From: Selaginella moellendorffii
Taxonomy: Eukaryota > Plantae > Lycopodiophyta
DNA: 64,000 nt
Reading direction: 5' to 3'
Assembly: GCF_000143415.4 (NCBI RefSeq)
Contig: NW_003314262.1
Span: 4,249,816-4,313,815, forward strand
In this document: positions 34,735-47,851 of the stretch, in pieces
Position numbering within the stretch: position 1 is the stretch's first letter
Layout: the number at the start of each line of letters is the position of its first letter
Position numbers and translations under genes: made by a program
The notes under the pieces: generated by a model
The model's database searches: none
Seen by the model: the letters and a program-made list of their open reading frames with translations, nothing else
What the model was told of the DNA's origin: nothing

Positions 34735-36627
34735 AGAAGGCATAGACCCTTTGGCAGTGATTGAGTAAAAATTGAACAAAGTCGAACAAACCAAAATAGA
34801 ATTAGTCTCTCAAGTAGTTCCCAAGTACAAACCAAAGCCCCCACCAGTCTTCAAGGGAGTGAAAGACTCTAAAATGGTGGAGGATTAGTTTTACAATATG
34901 GAGGATTACTTCTAAGCATTGCAATTATTGGGCTTGGAAAAGGTCCCATGTGCAAAACTATACTTAGCTAATAATGCTAAGTTTTGATGGAGAATAACAA
35001 AGGCTAACGAAGGATTAATAGCCATTTGGAATGATGAAGGTGAGGAACAATATAACTTATATTCCTCCAAATGCTACTCTTGAATGGGTTTATAGCCAAA
35101 AGGATCTTTGTCACAAACATGGGTGACATAGATGTGTTCCATGCTTTCAGGCTTATAGGCTTGGGCTTGAGATGAGGTGATGTGTTGGAATTTTACCAAC
35201 TACAAGGAAACATTGGATGCAGTTATTAAGGTGCATTTCAATAATAACTTGCAAAAAGGGAACACAATATGATTGGGGTCCACATTAAGCAAAAGAGCCA
35301 AACCAAGGGGGCATATGGCAAAGGGAAATTCAAAATGAGTTTCTCTAAAAATGAGTCTTTAAGGTTTTGGGAAGGTAGATCTTGTGGCTAAAGAGCAAGT
35401 ATGTGGGGAAGTCAGGTAAAAAGGGACAAACCCATTGATAAGAAAATAAAATTTACCAGCAACATGGGAAAGAATATTTGTTTCAATTGCAATGAAGTAG
35501 CACACTTTTCGAGAGAATGTCCCTACCTGAAAAAGGCCAGAGTCAATATAACCATCAAGTTGGGTGAAGTCTAAACTGAAGTATGTGATCCAGTCCTTAG
35601 CTCAAAGTTACTTATTACATAAACAATTTTGGTAGAGAGTTGTTCACGACATCAACTAACCCTCCAAAGGAAGCTTAGAGGTAACTTTGTTAAGATCTTT
35701 ATTAAGATGGGTGCTTCAGATAATTTTATGGCTATAGATATAATCCAACAAGCCAGACTAATGGTGTAGTGGCTAGGTGAACTAAAGACTATAAAGTTTA
35801 TTCAAGGTAGTTAAGCACCGATGAGGTACTTTGACAAACAAGAGTCGAAGTAGAAACATGAAAAGTGGATATGGATTTCACTGTATTAGACATAACGAGA
35901 TTTGATGTGATTTTCGGGATGGATTAGTTCAATCAGTTTGTGGTAGCCTTGCATGGACAAGGTAAAAACCTTGTGGTACTGGCGAATGCCCGAGGAGAAC
36001 GATCTAGGATTTAAAGGTAGGACAATGTAAGGCCAAAGACTCCTGTTTGAACTTAGTGTCCACAAGAGGACAATTCAATAAAGGAACCAAGGTAGCATTT
36101 TTATGTGCTTACTCTCAATGGGGAGTGACAAAAAGATAGGAATAGATGAAATATTTTTAGTGATACAGTAGGTGTTAAACCAATTTCGTGATACCATACC
36201 GGAGGAGTTACCGACAGAGTTATCCTCCACACGACTAATAGAATATAAGATTGAGTTGGTCGAGGGTGATAAGGCAGTGGTTTGTCCCCCCTATCAGTTG
36301 AACGAAAAGGAACTCGAGGAGCTCAAGTGCCAACTTGAGGAGTTAGTGGATAAAGGGTATGTTAGGTTGAGCAAGTCGCTGTATGGGGCACTAGTGTTAT
36401 TTGTGAAAAAGAAAGATGGCTCTATGCATATGTGCATAGACTATTCGTTACTCAACAAGTATACAAAGAAGAACAAATGCCCTTTACCAAGGATTGAGGA
36501 CATATTTGATAGGTTGGGAAAGGCCAAATATTTCTTGAGGATTGACCTAAGGTAAGGATATTACCAAATTAGGGTAATAGAGGAAGATGTCGAGAAGATA
36601 ACTTATCGAACAAGGTATAGAAGTTTC
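34735..36627 (+). mobile_element. Decayed gag-PR-RT(5') of a family-A chromovirus; probably continues at 50582
   Basis: CFNCNEVAHFSRECP knuckle (~35480); RT ORF 36172..36555 ([28 protein letters not shown]); gag homologous to 32610-33200. Confidence 0.85.
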
Positions 36628-37015
36628 CACTGCACATGCATAATCTCTAGAGGATCGGTCTACTGGATGTCATGTCGAACCTCATAAACTTGTGGTCCAA
36701 CTTGCCGCAACACCCGATATGGTCCTTTCTACTGCGCAAGGAGCCCCTTAGATAAACCACGTATCGTAAGATGGGGAAAATGAACTAACACCAAATCATC
36801 CACTTTGTACTCTGCAGGTGGACAATGATGGGAGTTGTACCGCCGTTGTTGTCCCACTTGTATGCGGCCTAAGTGTTCAGTAGACTCCGCTCAGACAAGT
36901 GGAACGATGTTCATCAAATACTGATCCCACGACCTAGCATCCGTAACTTGTGGCAATCGCGAAGGTAAACCTAGCTCTGTTGGTAATATTAGATCATGAC
37001 TATATAGGAGTTTAT
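36628..37015 (-). mobile_element. Integrase C-terminal fragment of the same family as the 19915-27833 element
   Basis: Close match to 20235-20625. Confidence 0.85.
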
Positions 37016-37024
37016 AATGCATAG

Positions 37025-38145
37025 CCAAGTTGAAATACAAATTCCTGAGCCCCAAAGTGGAGCTCAAAAGGTGCCATATGGTAATGGTTGAAGTGGAAGC
37101 CTAACATGTGTGACATGTTTGGACCAAAAGCTCTGACTTGAAAAGTTGAGAGAGGGAGTGGAACTTCGAATAAAGTGCTTGAGGAATGAGCACGAAACAA
37201 TTAGTGAATGAGTCTCTAGAAAGGGGACACAAGAAAGATTGACACATTGTCAGTGTTATGACACATAGAAGTGTCAGGAACAAGTTCGAGATGGGACCTG
37301 AGAAAGAGTCCGAGGTGGAGTCCAAGAAGGAGTCTGAGATGGACTTGAGATGGAGTCTGAAATGGACCCAAGATGGAGTCTAAGATGGAGTCTGATATGG
37401 ATCTGAGATGGACCTGAGATGGAGTTCAAGATGGACTTGAGATGGAGTCTAAGATGGACCTAAGATGGAGTCTAAGATGGACTTGAGATGGAGTTTAAGT
37501 TTGAGTCCAAGATGCAGTCTGAGATCGAGACCGAGATCTAGTCTGAGATTGAGACTGAGATCCAGTATGAGATTGAGACCGAGACCGAGACCAAGACCGA
37601 GACCAAGATTGAGACTGAGAGTGAGACCGAGATTGAGACTAAGAGCGAGGTTGAGACTAAGATTGAGACTGAGACTGAGACCATGTTTGAGTTCGAGTCC
37701 GAGTCTGAGTCTGATTCTAATTCTGATTTCAAGTCCAAGGGTGAAAGCCCAAAGCATTCATCTCCCAAACAATAGGGGGTTTGGTGAGCTCCAAAAGTAT
37801 AGTAGAGGGAGGCCTCTAATAGAGCTAGTTTGGCCAAGAAAGGCCAATATGACCAAATAAGGCTATACCCACGTGGTAGGTGATGATATAACCATTAAAG
37901 AGTTCAAAGCTAGAGTGAATATAGATAAATAAATGAAGTAACTTAGTGAAGTATTTAAGAGTTGGATCTAGCTCCCTTGGGAGATTGAATGGCTAATGTT
38001 CTCAATCCAAGTGTGGGTGGCACCACCTACTTAGATACCTAGATGTGGTTCATTAGAACCTTACTCTAGCCACATAGCTAGGGCACCTAAAGGCAAAAAG
38101 TGTGAGTACCCATGAGGCTCGTGTAAGGCTATAATGTTTCAAAAT
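37025..38145 (+). mobile_element. Partial LTR-B
   Basis: Homologous to the 5' part of 40333-41771, including the satellite. Confidence 0.8.
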
Positions 38146-38663
38146 GACATGGAAGACCAAGATTTAAGGAAAATTCCTCATCACTCAACATAATAATTTT
38201 ATCTCCATTAGCACAAGTGTTAGCAAAGTTAATGCCTTAACAACACATCCTCTTCATCCAACAATCTATTCCAAGTGCTAATAGATCAATTAACAAGTTA
38301 TAACAAATAAACACTATAACTCTTTTTCAACTCCTCAATGGGCAAACCCTCAAGGAAACAAGGTACCAACTTAAGTTTAGCATAATAGATCACCATTGAG
38401 AATTTAGTCAAAGCTTCTATAATGCTATTACATGTAAGTAAATTAGCTTCATTATCAATCATTTTGGGGTTAATCATTGTAACCAAGCAACTTCGTAAAG
38501 ACATTGCTTATTATCACATGAAAATGATAAAAAATCACAATGATTTGATCATCAATTGAGCAACACCATGAGCAATACCCGTGTCATTACTTTAAAAGTT
38601 TATATGAGTATCAAGTGTTAACTCAATTTAATAAATGTAACATAAATACCACACCCACCAATT

Positions 38664-39054
38664 ACCCATATCGAGCTGTTAGGCCATGGTGTTTCCCTCT
38701 AGTGTCCCGGAGCAAGTGTTGCACCTAAGGCTTGGGATTTAGAGGGTCCCATGATCAAGCGTTATTGTACCAAGGGATGTTAGGAATTTTGAGGCTTGAT
38801 GTGCTTGGCTGCTTGTGTTTGCGAGGAGTGTAGCCAAACCTTAAATCCAATCTAACCCAGGGAGGGGTATTAGGAGAGAATTTGGGAATCCGTGGATGGA
38901 TGGCTAACACTTTGTTGCTCGTGTAGTGAGTTGCTGAAACCAAGTAGGCCCAAGTAGGGAACCTTAGGCAGAGAACTTAACTAATGCTAAGGTCGTAGTG
39001 GTTGGATAGACGAGGTAAGCTAGCAAATTAGAAAGGAGAAATTTGTGGCTTACA
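38664..39054 (+). mobile_element. 3' part of LTR-A
   Basis: Matches 21585-21993; ends GGCTTACA. Confidence 0.85.
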
Positions 39055-40332
39055 TATGTGTCTCATAACTCCATCACCCATAGACGAAGTTTGATGTCCT
39101 CATCGAACGATAAACTATTTTATAAAATAACCCTATCATGGATTATAATTTTTCATCATTGGCACCTAACCAATATTCATCAATGGTTTGACACCAAAGG
39201 CTCATCATACCTTGCCCATCCTTTAAGGAACATAGTCTCACCAACTTACAAATTCATTAGACCACTTATGGTGGTTCTCTCCCTTTATTTGGTTTAGTTC
39301 TTGCTAAACCCATTAGAAACACCTTCTCTATCTCAATCTCACTACTCATTTCTGAGTAGTCTTAACTTCTATCAACATAGCCATTGCACTTTAGAACTTT
39401 TATTTTGACTTTTCAAGTCAATTTCTTAGGTGTCTTTGACACCTTGCATTGCACATTTAGTGCAAACTCCACTTCCCCATCCTAGGAAGTTTTTTACTTG
39501 AGGGCACCATCATCCTCTCTTCTCTTTTATTCTACATTTGGCACTAAGTTCCATGTATTTATAATTTGTGTTAGGATTGCCCATAACCTTATCATTTGGC
39601 TATCTTGCTACTCCCTCCTTTAGAGCTTTCACTTTGCCAAATTGGAGCATTTAATAAATCCATCATTGGAAATATATTTCTTTTTCCACAATCTGTTAAT
39701 ATTAAATACATGAGTGTTCTTCGCCTAACTTTTCCATTTGAATTCTTTTCAATGATTTCCATGGCCCATACTTAACCACTAGTCTTTTTCTTTTATCCTT
39801 TGAGTGTTGCATCAAATAACATAAGATCACTATCTCCATCCTCAAGATATCCTTTCGATTCCATGGCAAAGGTTTTGCTTTGCAAAGTTTAAAGGGTGTT
39901 CATCCCTAGTAGGTCTATTTAGCGTTTTCTACTATGGGTTCTATGCACGGTGCAACGTAGTGACACACCCATGAGTCCCTTCCTTAGATTTGTAATACCA
40001 CTACATTGTTGTAATTCATTTTCCTTAGATGTCTTTCCCACTTAGTCACTTTGACTAAGCCACACTATTATCAATAGTTCAAATCAACAATTTGAACTAG
40101 AAACTTTATTACAAGGATTTTATCTTTATTTTAGCCATAAGATTACTTAGTGATTTAACCTTGACACTTTAATAGGTTTGTCAATAAGTATTAAGTCTTC
40201 CAAACCTTTAACTTATTGACCATGACCTTCAGGGCATCCCCCACACTGGGTAGTGTGCCCAAAGTAACTCTCCTATCCAAATGTCCATAGCAACTAAGAC
40301 TGGGTATCCCCATCTTACTCACCTCGTCCTTG

Positions 40333-43300
40333 TGTGAGACATAAAAATCCCTAGGTTCCAAAGAGGAGCCGAAAGGGTGCCATGTGGTAATAGTTGAAGC
40401 GAAAGCCACACGAGCGTAACATGTTTGGACTAAAAGCTTCGACTTGAAGAGTCAAGAGCGGTAGTGAAACTCCCGACGGAGTGCTCAAGGAACGAGCATG
40501 AAACAAGCAATAATAGAGTCTCTAGAAAAGGGGCACAAGAGGACCCGAGATGGACCCAAGATGGAGTTCGAGATGGAGTCCGAGATGGACCGAAATGGAC
40601 CGAGATGGTGTCCGAGATGGACCCGAGATGGAATCTAAGATGGAGTCCGAGAAGGACCCGAGATGGAGTCCAAGGTTGAGACCAACATCGAAACTAAGAC
40701 CGAGATCGGGACCGGGACTGAGATCGAGGCCGAGGCCGAGTCTAAGTTCGAGTCCAAGTCCAAGTTCGAGTTCGAGGGTGAAAGCCCAAAGTGTTTGTCT
40801 CCCAGACCCTAAGGGATTTGGTGAGCTCCAAACGTATAGTAGGGGGAGGACTCAAGTGGAGCCAGTTTGGCCAGGAAAGGCCAATTTGGCCCAGGAAGGT
40901 TGTGCCCAGGTGTTGGGTGATGGATAACCATTGGGAAGTCCAAGGCTAGAGTGAATACAGACTGACAAGCGAGGTAGCTTGGTGAAGTGTTCAAGAGTCA
41001 GCTCTAGTCCCCCCGGAAGATCGAATGGTCGATACTCCCAGTCCAAGCGTGGGTGGCACTACCTACTTGGATACCTGGCGTGGCTCAACAGAACCTTGCT
41101 CTAAGCCCATGGCTACAGCACCCAAAGGCAGAAGGTGGGGAGAGTACTTATGAGACTTGCGTAGGGCCATGGTGTTCCAAAAGGTTGTCCCAAAGTCCCA
41201 AACTATGGAAGAAAAGAGGAGCAATCCTCTAGTGTAGTGACTAAGAATACAGTCACATGGTGAGGAAGTCCCAAAGGATAGTGGGACTTAGTGGTTAGGT
41301 CTGTAAGCCTTGATCCATTAGCAGTGTTGGCAAACACGGCCATGGATAGAAAGGGACTTGGTGTGGACTAAAAAAGGGGATATTGGGGAAGGCTGTTCCC
41401 CATATCGGTGGGCATTCTAAGGATGCTAAGGAGTGGATCTGGGATGACCACTCATGGACGGAGGACCCAATCTTGGAGAGACGGGATTGTAATGTAGGTC
41501 GTATTGGATCACCGGTGTGACAAAAGTGAAGGGGCATGGCCTTAGTGTAACAGGCTGGTATGTTGGAGGTACCTTTGAGTGTCGGTCATGGGATCGGACA
41601 TATGGAGTACTTGGAACAAGTGCAAGGGTTGAGTGACACGAATGCCATTTTTGGGGCTAGCAAGCCCCCAAGTCTGGAACAGGACTTATAAAGGATGTAA
41701 GTGAGACTCCTCCAAGTGGTTGGAAGTGTGGTTAAGTGATTAAAGTAGAATGGAAAATTTAGTCGCTTACAATTTGGTATGGGAGCTGTTCCTTAGTCCA
41801 ACTTTTATTGGTGCTCAAGTATATCACCACTAGTGTTGGCATTAGAAGGTCCTAGGAGTGGGCCTATCCTTGAGGAGTAGTAGGTCGGGAAAACATAACT
41901 GTCCACTATAGTTTATATGTGACTTATAGGCAAGATGGTTGATAAAAAAGGACCAATAATGGAACAATTTTGAGATCTTGGGAATAGTATAAGGTTTTCC
42001 TCAGAGATTTGAAGATGTAATCCAGATGAGTGTTTGACTCAGCAAAGTGGCTAATGTAGTTGTGGTAAACAACTATAATTAGGATCATGGGAAGGATAGA
42101 AACTCCAAAACAATAAAGGAGTCACAAAATTACCCTTATATAGTTGAGGTTGGTGCTCATGAATTTGAGACCAAAATTAATGACCATGGGAGGTCAAATA
42201 TGGAAGAGGACACAAGTCCTTGAAATGGTAGTCGGGGTTACCCTTCATAAATGCTAGAACAACTCAAGGGATTGGGGGTGTACTTAAAGGATGAATTGGT
42301 ATTCTCATCACATGGACAAATAGTCTTAAGGGGCAAAGGTAGCCCATATGAAACAAAAAATAATCAAGTGTCGGAGTAACACTTGCAAGAATAATCTTTA
42401 TAGGTAGGATATGAATACGAGAAGTTGTATTTTAATGAGCTAGCACCTCAAAAATAGGATCTTATATGTCGTTAGATTAGTGAAGTTCAAAATGCTAAAT
42501 AACTCGAGTGGAGTCAAAGAATGGTCCTAGAGGACTAGTGGAAGCATTTGGACTAGGTGTGTTGCACCCCACGAAGGATGGGGAAGATCATAAAATCCAA
42601 ATATAAGAACAATGGGTATCTTATTAATGGCAGAATGTGCTATACTAAAGTTATGGGAAAGAGGTTCCCAGAAGAAAGAAAACTTTAACATAAAGTTATA
42701 TGTAAACTATATGGTGCATTGCTAATGGATAGTTGGCATGAGAAATGACTGTATTTGTCTTGGCAAAGATCTAGACACAAGTAAGAAGTGTCATAAAGAT
42801 AAGCTCGTGGAGCTGATAGTGTGGAGACACTGAATGTACCAAGGCATGATGCCTTGAGGTCAAGTTGGCGGGTTCATGAGAACCCCTTCCCAAAGGAATC
42901 ATAATGGAAATGGGAATGGCATAGACTAAGTTGGAAGGCATGCAATTAGAATGTGGTGACCCAAAATAATGATGGAGGTGTGGAAGCACTAGCAATGAGT
43001 TGTAATTGATTAAATTGATAAAAGGTAACTACCTAAGACTTGTTATTGGGATAAGGAAGTTAGACATACCCTTGTGGGGGATAAATTGCTCATGTTGTGA
43101 TATAGTAAATCAATGTTATAAAGAAAATGCTCATTGTCAAAGAAGGCCATCATTGGAACACCCAAACACTCTAAAACACCCGGAAGTGGTGTTTGGTGTT
43201 GTGAGGGTATTAGATAAGGCCTAAGGGACTAAGTCCCTGGTAAATGATGGATAGGAGGTGCTATTCCAATGTACAAGGTTGTGGAGACAAAAGAAGTTCA

Positions 43301-45180
43301 TTTACCCGAATTGGACAAAAAAAAAAAAAAAGGGATTTTGGCAAGGTTAGTGATAGGTATATAAAGGCCCATAAGTAGCAACATTAATCCCGGATTACAA
43401 GGTGAGCATACCCGGATTGAGGAACCACTCCCTAAGCTATTGGGTAGGTACATCCCTATGAATACTTGCTAAGGTATGGTAGAAAGTGCAAAAACTATCC
43501 TCCTAGTCTAGAAGAGAATGACTGAAAGAAACGTATGAGGCTAAAAAGCAAGTAATAGAGGGATAGAACTGAACCATAGGGATCGAAGAGCATAACCAAA
43601 GGTGGTTATGTAAGTTGGGAGTGGAGAATCAAGTGGGGGCTCAAACGGTTTGTTATTAGCAACCGTAATACCATAGAGAGTATAAATATGGAATTATTCA
43701 TGTTAGACCATATGGTAATTAGAAAACTTACAAAAAGGAGAGGCCTTAGCAAGCTAAGGAATAGAGTTCCTTAAAGGGTCCCAAAGACAATTCTAGGTAA
43801 TTTAATACCTGGAACACCAAGTGTAAATGGTTTATAGAATACACGAAATCAAAGTGGTGTAGCAGAAGTGTGGTCTTGGAGCTTGCCATGAAGCAAGGTT
43901 ATCAAGGTTAGGGAAGTAGTTCCTGAGTGTTTAAAGGGATGGCTTTGAACGAAAGTCGATGGTTAAGAACTTTCACGCTTATACATGAACTATGTTACGG
44001 TAGTCGGATGACTTGTAGGGGAACAAGTACCCTAGTTGAAGGTGCTAACTTCAAAAGGGGTGGCCCATAGGGCCGAGCATGGAAGAATCTATGCATAATC
44101 ATAGACTTGTCAAGTAAGAGGATTTGGCAATTCAGAGGAACTAGGTTTCTAAGCTGTGATCTATAGCATGCTTTAAGTATAAGTTGGTGCACCGGTGTGG
44201 GGAGTCACACTAGGCATTCTGAGTGATGCTGTCTGTAAATGCATATACGGAGGTTGAGTTTGAGTCCCAACCCTCTAGTGCTTGGGTTTGAGTCCTAAAT
44301 CACTAGGATACACTCATATTTTGGTGGTCATGGACTCTTAGTGAGGAGACTGACTTGGGCACACTACCAAGCGAGAGATGCCCTGGAGACGTGATGCATG
44401 GTTAGATTGCATAGTGTAAAAGTTCAGTATATCTAACTTGAACACTTTGATGCAAATAGCACCAAAGACATGGTGAATGAGATGGGGACACCCAATCTCG
44501 GTTGTTATGGATCCTTGGTCGGAAGGGCTAGTTTGGGTGCACCGCGAAGTGTGGGGGTCATAGTTAACAAATTAAAGGTTTAGAAGACCTAGTATCTATT
44601 AACAAACCTGTTAAGGTGACAAAGGTTAAATCACTAAGTGATCTTATGATTAAACAAGGATGAGGTCCTTGTGAGGTTAAGGAATAAAGTTCCTAGTTCA
44701 AAGGGTTGAATTGAACTATTAATGATGGTGTGGCTTGGTCAAGGTGACCAAGTGGGAAGGACACCGAAAGGGAAATCAGTTGTGCCAATAGAATGGTATA
44801 GTGAGTCCAAGAAAGTAGGCTCTAGGAAAGACCTATGGGAGGGTTGCAAAGTTGGGTTGTCGATAGAGCTCGTAGCAGAAAATGCTAAAGAGACCTAGAG
44901 GTGAGCAATCTCCGAACTTGGCAAAATAAAGCCATTGCCATAGAACCAAAAGGATATCTTGAGAATAGAGGTAGTGATCCTATATTGCTTGGTACAACAA
45001 TTAACGGATAGGAGTAAAGACTAATGGCTAAGTGTTGGCCATAGAATTGCTGAAATAACATGAGGATATGGGTACTCCACCAACTAGCATGGTGTGGAGC
45101 TTGGGCTTAGACCTAAGCCGGACGTAAAACAAGGAAACAAGGACAGGCATGCAAGCGGGAGCTAGACTATGCCTCAGGTT
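40333..45180 (+). mobile_element. Family-B LTR element: 5' LTR 40333-41771, PBS TGGTATGGGAGC (41775), internal region with no recognisable RT/INT; 3' LTR missing
   Basis: TGTGAGAC..GCTTACA followed by a PBS; a related inverted copy of ~44340-45060 lies at ~39760-40325, and a reverse copy of the leader/PBS at 47750-47851. Confidence 0.75.
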
Positions 45181-45254
45181 GGTTGGCCATACTCGACTTA
45201 CCCACTATCCCTACTATACATTTGGAACCCCCCACAGCCCCCCCCGCCCCCCCC

Positions 45255-46884
45255 TGTAAGCGACTAATTTTTCCATTCTACTTTAGTCACTTAACCACAC
45301 CTCCGACCACTGGGAGGAGTCTCATTCATAACCTCCTTAAGTCCAATTCAGGACTTGGGACTTGCTAGCCCCGAGAATGGCACCAATGCCACTAATCCTT
45401 TGCATTTGGTCCAAGTGCTCCACGTGTCCAGTCCCAAGACCAACACCCCAAGGTACCACTGACATACTAGCCCATTACGCTAAGGCCATGGCCCTTCACC
45501 TTAGTCACACCAGTCTGCATCATAGTCCCGTCTCTCAACAACTGGGCCAACCATCCATGAGTGGTCATCACATATCCACTCCTTAACATCCTTCGGATGC
45601 TCACCGACAAGTAGAACAACCTTCCCCACTATCCCTCTTTTTAGTCCCAACCAAGTCCCGTCCTACCCATGGCCGTATTTACCAACACTGCCACTGGGTC
45701 AAGGCCCACAGGCTCAACCACTAAGTCCCAATGCCCTCTGGGACTTCCTCACCATGTGACTATGTACTTAGTCACTATGCCAAAGGTTTGCTCCTCTTCC
45801 TTTCCACAGTCTAGGACTTTGGGGCAACATTTCGGAACACCATGGCCTTACACAAACCACTTGAGTACTCTCCCGGCCTTCCGCCCTTGGGTGCTCTAGC
45901 CATGGGCTTAGAGCAAGGTTCCGTTGAGCCACGCTTGGTATCCAAATAGGTAGTGCCACCCACACTTGGATTGGGAGCATCGGTCAGTCGATCTCCTGGG
46001 GAAACTAGAGCCGGCTCTTGAACACTTCACCAAGCTACCCCGCTTGTCAGTCTGTGTTCACTTTAGTCTTAGACTTCCCAGTGGACAGCTCATCACCCAA
46101 CACTGGGTACAGCCTTCCTGGGCCAAACTGGCCTTTCCTGACCAAACTGGCTCCACTGCAGTCCTCCCCCTTACTATACTTTTGGAGCTCACCAAACCCC
46201 CCAGGGTTTGGGAGACGAATGCTTTGGGCTTTCACCCTCTCAAACTCGAACTCGGACTCAGACTCGAACTTGGACTCGGACTCGGACTCGAGCTCGGGCT
46301 CGGTCTCGGCCTCAGCCTCGATCTCGGTCTCGGTCCCGGTCTCGGTCTTGGTCTCGATCTTGGTCCCGGTCTCGGTCTCGACCTCGGACTCCATCTTGGA
46401 TTCCATCTCGGGTCCATCTCAGACTCTGTTTCGGTCCATCTCGGACTCCATCTTAGGCTCCATCTGGGGTCCATCTTGGACTCCATCTAAGGTCCATCTT
46501 GGACTCCATCTCAGACTCCATCTCGGACTCCATCTTGGGTCCATCTTGGACTCCATCTCAGTCCATCTTGAACTCCATCTCGGACTCCATCTCGAGTCCA
46601 TCTTGGACTCCATCTCGGTCCATCTCGGACTCCATCTCGGTCCATCTCGGACTCTGCCACGTGTCAAATGTTGGTCCTCTTGTGTCCCTTTTCTAGAGAC
46701 TCACTTATTGTTTGCTTTGTGCTTGTTCCTTGAGCACTTCGTTGGGAGTTCCACTCCCGCTCTCGACCTTTCATGTCAGAGCTTTTAGTCCTAACATATT
46801 ACGCTCGTTTGGTTTTCACTTCAGCCACTACCACATGGCACCCTTCCGGCTCCACTTTGGGGCCTAGGGATTTTGTGTCTCACA
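45255..46884 (-). mobile_element. Solo LTR-B inserted in the C-tract of an LTR-A-like fragment
   Basis: TGTAAG..CTCACA flanked by CCCCC on both sides; the flanks rejoin to the ctactata..ggaacccc..cccc..ctttggggtttcacccc motif. Confidence 0.88.
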
Positions 46885-46968
46885 CCCCCCTTGAAACACA
46901 CGCTTTGGGGTTTCACCCCAAGCCTCCCTTAGTATCAGGAGTTAGTCTTTGGGACAAGCTTGAAACTT

Positions 46969-47736
46969 ACTAAATATGGAATGTCCTTAGATTGTGAATT
47001 TGGACAGGGGACGAACACCATTGTATTCAAAACAATCTCTACATTCCATAGATGTGCTAAAATGAGTAAATCTAGACACTTTCCATAAATAGCATTTGAG
47101 ACTGAAATGAGACTAACACAAAGGGCATGATAGTGAGGGTGTTTAGTAGACACAGTAAGCTATCATTTAGCGAATATTGAGGGACAAATCTCAATATCAT
47201 GGGGGTTCCCAACACTAGCAAGTGCAAGTCAACAAATGAGTTTCTCTAACCATGTCAAATATGCTTAACTAAATAGACACTTAGGAATTCCTTCCTTATG
47301 CTCTTTTGGTCAAGTGCACACGCGAAGACCAATTTCTCAATTAGCTTAGGTGGAGACTGATGATGGGTCTACCAATACCGATCTCCTGCCATGGTGGCAA
47401 TAAGAAAAGAGTGTTCATAAGGACTGGTCGACAAGTAACTTTCGATACCCAAAGTCACATTCGCGACAGTAGTGGAGAGCCATGTCTTCCCTAACCAGGT
47501 CAAGTATGCTTAACTAAATAGACACTTAGGAATTCCTTCCTTATGCTCTTCTGGTCAAATGCACACGCGAAGACCAATTTCACAACTAGCTTAGGCGGAG
47601 ACTGATGATGGGTCCAGCAATACTAATATCTTGCCGTCATGGCAGTAAGAAAAGAATGTCTATAAGGACTAACTGACAGATAACTTTTGATACCCAAAAT
47701 CACATTCACAATAGTAGTGGAGAGCCATGTCTTCCC
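46969..47736. repeat. Unclassified dispersed repeat (second copy at 55090-55570) with an internal ~245-bp tandem duplication (47246-47490 / 47491-47736)
   Basis: Direct sequence match between the copies. Confidence 0.85.
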
Positions 47737-47851
47737 AACTTGCTATTCCTCAAGGATAGGCCTACTCCTAGGACCTTCCGATGCCAACATAAGTGGTGAT
47801 ATACTTAAACACCAATAAAAGTTGATCTAAGGAACAACTCCAATACTAAAT

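Noticed and set aside
47358-47680. CTGATGA motifs suggesting a hammerhead ribozyme or C/D snoRNA
   Set aside because: No correctly placed GAAA or stems for a hammerhead; the motif is not conserved in the third copy (~55475), and a D box appears in only one copy
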